Source: the human T2T-CHM13v2.0 reference genome, Homo sapiens. Taken from it: a DNA stretch of 64,000 nt. The stretch lies in the NCBI RefSeq assembly GCF_009914755.1, contig NC_060945.1. One strand, given 5' to 3'. Both the position numbers and the translations under genes were made by a program. Under the pieces are notes generated by a model, which was not told the origin of the DNA, searched no databases, and saw only the letters and a list, made by a program, of their open reading frames with translations. Positions 60,259-64,000 of the stretch are shown in pieces. Every line of letters starts with the position of its first letter. Position 1 is the stretch's first letter.

Positions 60259-60278
60259 GTGTGTGTGTGTGTGTGTGT
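60259..60278. repeat. (GT)n microsatellite
   Basis: Directly visible. Confidence 0.9.
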
Positions 60279-61214
60279 ATGCATGTCATAGACAAAATGA
60301 CCTTTTTAGTCCAGTCTTCCCTAATCCCTCCACAAGCTCATAACTGAGGGATGAAGAATCAATGATGAGGATGAGTGTGAATATCCAAATGGCTGCTGGA
60401 AGACTGGGCAACCATAGTGATAACAAGTTGTTGGTTTTCATCAACTCTCACTCCCACTATTCACCTCAAACAAAGCTACTTCTACAATTACCTGTGTTAT
60501 TACTGCTATTACTATACTACCCGTAATAACAACCTTGGACAATTGTCAACAGACAATTGACATTCTCTTGATTCGTAAATTTTGGGTCAAAACCTTTATG
60601 AGAGCTCTATTTTTTTACCTTTAACTTAAAATACACATGAAAGTTTAAGCAAATGCAGTTTTAAGACAAGTCTCCTTGACATCTTTCCTTTTCCAATAAA
60701 TTTACCTGATTTTTGCATCCATATGAAAGTAACAGAGCCAACAAGTAGGATACCAATCTCAGTGAGACATGATGGTGGACTGAAACAGGGATGGAGTAAA
60801 GTCAAAAGATTTGAAAGATATTTAGGTAATAAAACTGCTAGAACTTGGTGATTAGATATGTGGAATGACAATCTAACACATACTACTAGAAATGGGTTTT
60901 CCATTCCCTTCTAATCTGTCTCTAACAGTAGCTATTAGTGAACAACTCCGTGCAGGTGATAGAGTTTTAATCAGGATGAAATATAGCTTGATGAAGAAAA
61001 CGTAGGTGATCCAGGGGAAAAACGGATGTGAAGAAAGCATAAAAATAAAAATATTCAATCCTGTGTAGAGGATAGAAGAGAGAAGAAGCATTTGCACCCT
61101 GATAAAGTCTGACCAAGAGAAGTAGAGTCAATTAACATCTAAATGAAATAAATACTGATTCTCTTAGACTAAACTTTCACTAAATGCTGAATTTCACCCT
61201 TTGTTCATGTAAGC

Positions 61215-61441
61215 CTCTGGTTGTAAATGAGGGGTGAATCATCCCCCTCCCTCTAGGGGCAGTTGACAATGTCTAAAGACATTTTTGCTGTGATAACACG
61301 GGTCAGGATGTTAGCACTACTGGAATCTCATACATAGAGACCAAGGGTGTTGCTAAATATCTTATAATGCACAAGATAGCCCCCTACAACAAATAATTAT
61401 CCAGCACAAATGTCAATGGTGCCATGTTTGAGAAACCCTAG
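61215..61441. mobile_element. MER20 hAT-Charlie DNA transposon
   Basis: GACAATGTCTAAAGACATTTTTG...TGCTAAATATCTTATAATGCACAAGA...AAATGTCAAT..TGCC...TTGAGAAACCCT. Confidence 0.85.
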
Positions 61442-62419
61442 AATTCACTGACATAAGAAATATCAAATTAGACACCCAGACACTGTCATGTTGTGGGAGG
61501 CACTAAGAAAAGAAAGTCATAGGTCCTGCCCATGAAGAAGAAATGGCTTAAATTTATTAATTTTCAATATAAGAGCAACTATTCAAATAATAGCACAGGT
61601 AGTAATAAGACATATGTCATAAATCAGTATGTCTGTGATTGCTACATAAATGGTATCTATGATAAGTGCTCAATCTATATTTTTATAGAGTGGAGAGCAA
61701 AAGTCAGCCTAGAAAAAAAAACCATACCTGTTTTGTGAACACAGCATTTCTGAGGTGTCTGGAGGAGAAATAACTTAGGATTTCGCTAAAAAAAAAAATA
61801 GTCATGTGAAACAGACAGAAAATATTCTATTTTGGGAAATTTTATGAGTTTTCCAGAGAAAAAAAGATATACTCCATTGCTTAAGGCCAGATTCAGGATG
61901 GTCTTATATTTTTTTTACCTAGAAGTGGAGTTTTGAGCAGTAAAGTGACAGAATGAAATTTATCTTTCAGTAAAAGCAATTAGGTGGCAGTAGGTGGAAC
62001 CAACTGTATATCAGAGGCACTGTGGACAAAGAGAGATCAAGAAGAAAAAATGTTTGAATAGTGACATAAAAGATTCTTGCAAAAAAATGGTGGCTCTGAG
62101 TAAGAAGACAAAACATATAGTAAGATCAACCTGAGAATCAGGAATGGACAGGATTATCCAAATGTCAATAAAAGCAAAGAGTGTATAACAGAAAGTAATT
62201 TGTTTTGTTAAAGGGAGTATTAAAGATCCTCATGCACGTGTAAAACTAATAAACTTCTTATGCCTTTCTTTTACTAAAAAACCTTACTTACACCAACTTG
62301 ACCATCATCTGCTGTGACTTTTTTTTTTTTTTGGAAATAATGGTAATCCCTGGTAACTAGAGGTAAAGAATGACTACATATGATTATAATGACAGGTATA
62401 GCAACTACTTTTAAGGCAC

Positions 62420-62950
62420 CATGTAGAATTCTTTTAGCTTCATCTGGCTTTTATTCCAGCACCTGGACAACGGTCCTGCATAAGCTATGTCCAGCATCCT
62501 GTAGGTAACTTCTGACCACACTTTGTCTCAGGTCTGTGTTGTGTGCCTCCTCCCTCCTTACTCTGGACTTTTCCAGGTAGGATCCCACTGGGATCTGCTT
62601 GATGTCCATATTTTCACAACCTGAGGGTAAATAAGAGTTAACTCCCCATGTGGGCACACAGTAAGCAATCAAGGACAGAAGCCAGTAGATGTATGCTCCC
62701 CACCCAAACCTTGCCTACATGAGATTGCAAGGTGTAGATTATATTGTTTCTCAGGTAGTCCTATAAAATTTAAGAAACCAATCACCTCTATCAGTAGCCA
62801 ACTAAAGAAGACATCTTTGCATTGCCTCTTTCCTGTTTCTGCTTCCTTTCCCTGTCACTCTCGTTTAATCTCTGGGGTCAAACACTAGAATAAAGCATTT
62901 GTCCTTAACCCTGTGTTCCAGGTATGCTTTGTGAAGAACTTAGGTAAAGG
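62420..62950 (+). mobile_element. LTR16/LTR33-like ERVL solo LTR
   Basis: GAGTTAACTCCCC...CAATCAAGGACAG...AATAAAGCATTTG..CTT.ACCCT. Confidence 0.55.
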
Positions 62951-63639
62951 CAATCATGATGACATTGATGATGATGACAATAACATCTAATATTGCGGAA
63001 ACATCATTCTCATTTTTACAGGTGAAGAAACTAAGGAAGATAAATGTTGCCTTCATTTCCTCTTAATAAGTTAAGTCACAATAAAGAAAAAACAAAACAA
63101 AAAATAAAATAAAATTAAGTTATAAGGTCTTGCTAATGAGGCTACATGTTTACTCATTGACATTTCCCCTCTTGAAATAAAACAAGATAAGCACAAGGGA
63201 AAAATAGGTGGCTACGTTAAGTAAACATTTCTAGTTTGTTTTGGTCACAGATGAAACACAGATTCAGTGAGCACATTACAAAGTAGACTTTAAATTACCC
63301 ATTATTTATTATCATTGCATTAATTCTAGTAGTGGAGTTATTTATTTATTTGTGGCTACTATTTGAGAAGTATTCTTCAATACCAGATTGACTTTTAAAA
63401 TTTGAGAAATAATGGCATTCTGGGGACAGAATAGCAAGCACCTTATTGGGTGATGAGTCATGTCTTCAGGGTATATATTAGCTGCTTCTGGCAGTCCTCA
63501 GCATTTGAGGAGTATCTTAATGATGCTTCTCCAAAGCATTTTTAAAAATAGAAAATTAATGAATAAACATAAAACATTATTTACATTTCTTCTTGAGATA
63601 CTTAATTTTTGTGTTTGTGACAGCTTTGGCATGCCAGGT

Positions 63640-63962
63640 AGGATTTTATGACTCTGCAAGAACTATAGCATTATTGGGCTTGGAGTGCCCTCTAATGCAG
63701 AAATGACTCCGGTGGCCGAAAACATAGATCAAGACGTTCAATTCCCATCAAAACACCTGGAAAGCTTTCCAAAGAAGGACTGGTACAGCAAAGACTACAA
63801 TAAATACTACTAACTCCCCAGACATTGATAGGCATCCAAAGGCATCAAGGCCGTTCGAGAAAATATGATCTCACCAAACAAACTAAATAAGGCAACCATC
63901 ACCAATTCTGGAGAGAGAGAGATATGTGATCTTTCAGACAGAGAATTCAAAATAGCTGTTTT
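63640..63962 (+). mobile_element. L1MA-type 5'UTR/ORF1-start fragment
   Basis: GAAAATATGATCTCACCAAACAAACTAAATAAGGCA...GATATGTGATCTTTCAGACAGAGAATTCAAAATAGCTGTTTT; followed by a T-run at the window edge. Confidence 0.7.
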
Positions 63963-64000
63963 TTGTTTGTTTTTTGGCTTTTTTTTTTTTTTTTTTTTTT

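Overview
Primate, almost certainly human, genomic DNA: it carries an AluYb8 with the diagnostic 7-bp insertion, and Yb8 is a human-specific subfamily. I found no intact host protein-coding gene, RNA gene or CRISPR array. Well over half the window is transposon-derived. It holds a full-length ~6.0-kb L1PA3/L1PA2-type LINE-1 with a 17-bp TSD and disrupted ORF1/ORF2, and two older near-full-length L1PA elements, one interrupted by a complete THE1A. It also holds an env-deleted HERV-H provirus (LTR7, tRNA-His PBS, gag-pro-pol remnants) with a truncated 3' LTR, a solo LTR7 about 33 kb upstream, nine Alus, MaLR/ERVL LTRs, MIR, L2, MER20, MER45B and microsatellites. Nearly all longer ORFs in the track are TE-derived or spurious. 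The best leads are: (1) the HERV-H 3' LTR lost its polyA signal but meets a genomic AATAAA at almost the same spacing; (2) a decayed piggyBac-like transposase appears split by an L1; (3) the young L1 keeps an open antisense ORF0; (4) insertions are strongly biased to the + strand and there are candidate minus-strand exons; (5) several repair or template-switch scars are visible. Subfamily names come from recalled consensus features and need RepeatMasker/Dfam confirmation. I cannot claim a new biological system from this sequence alone.
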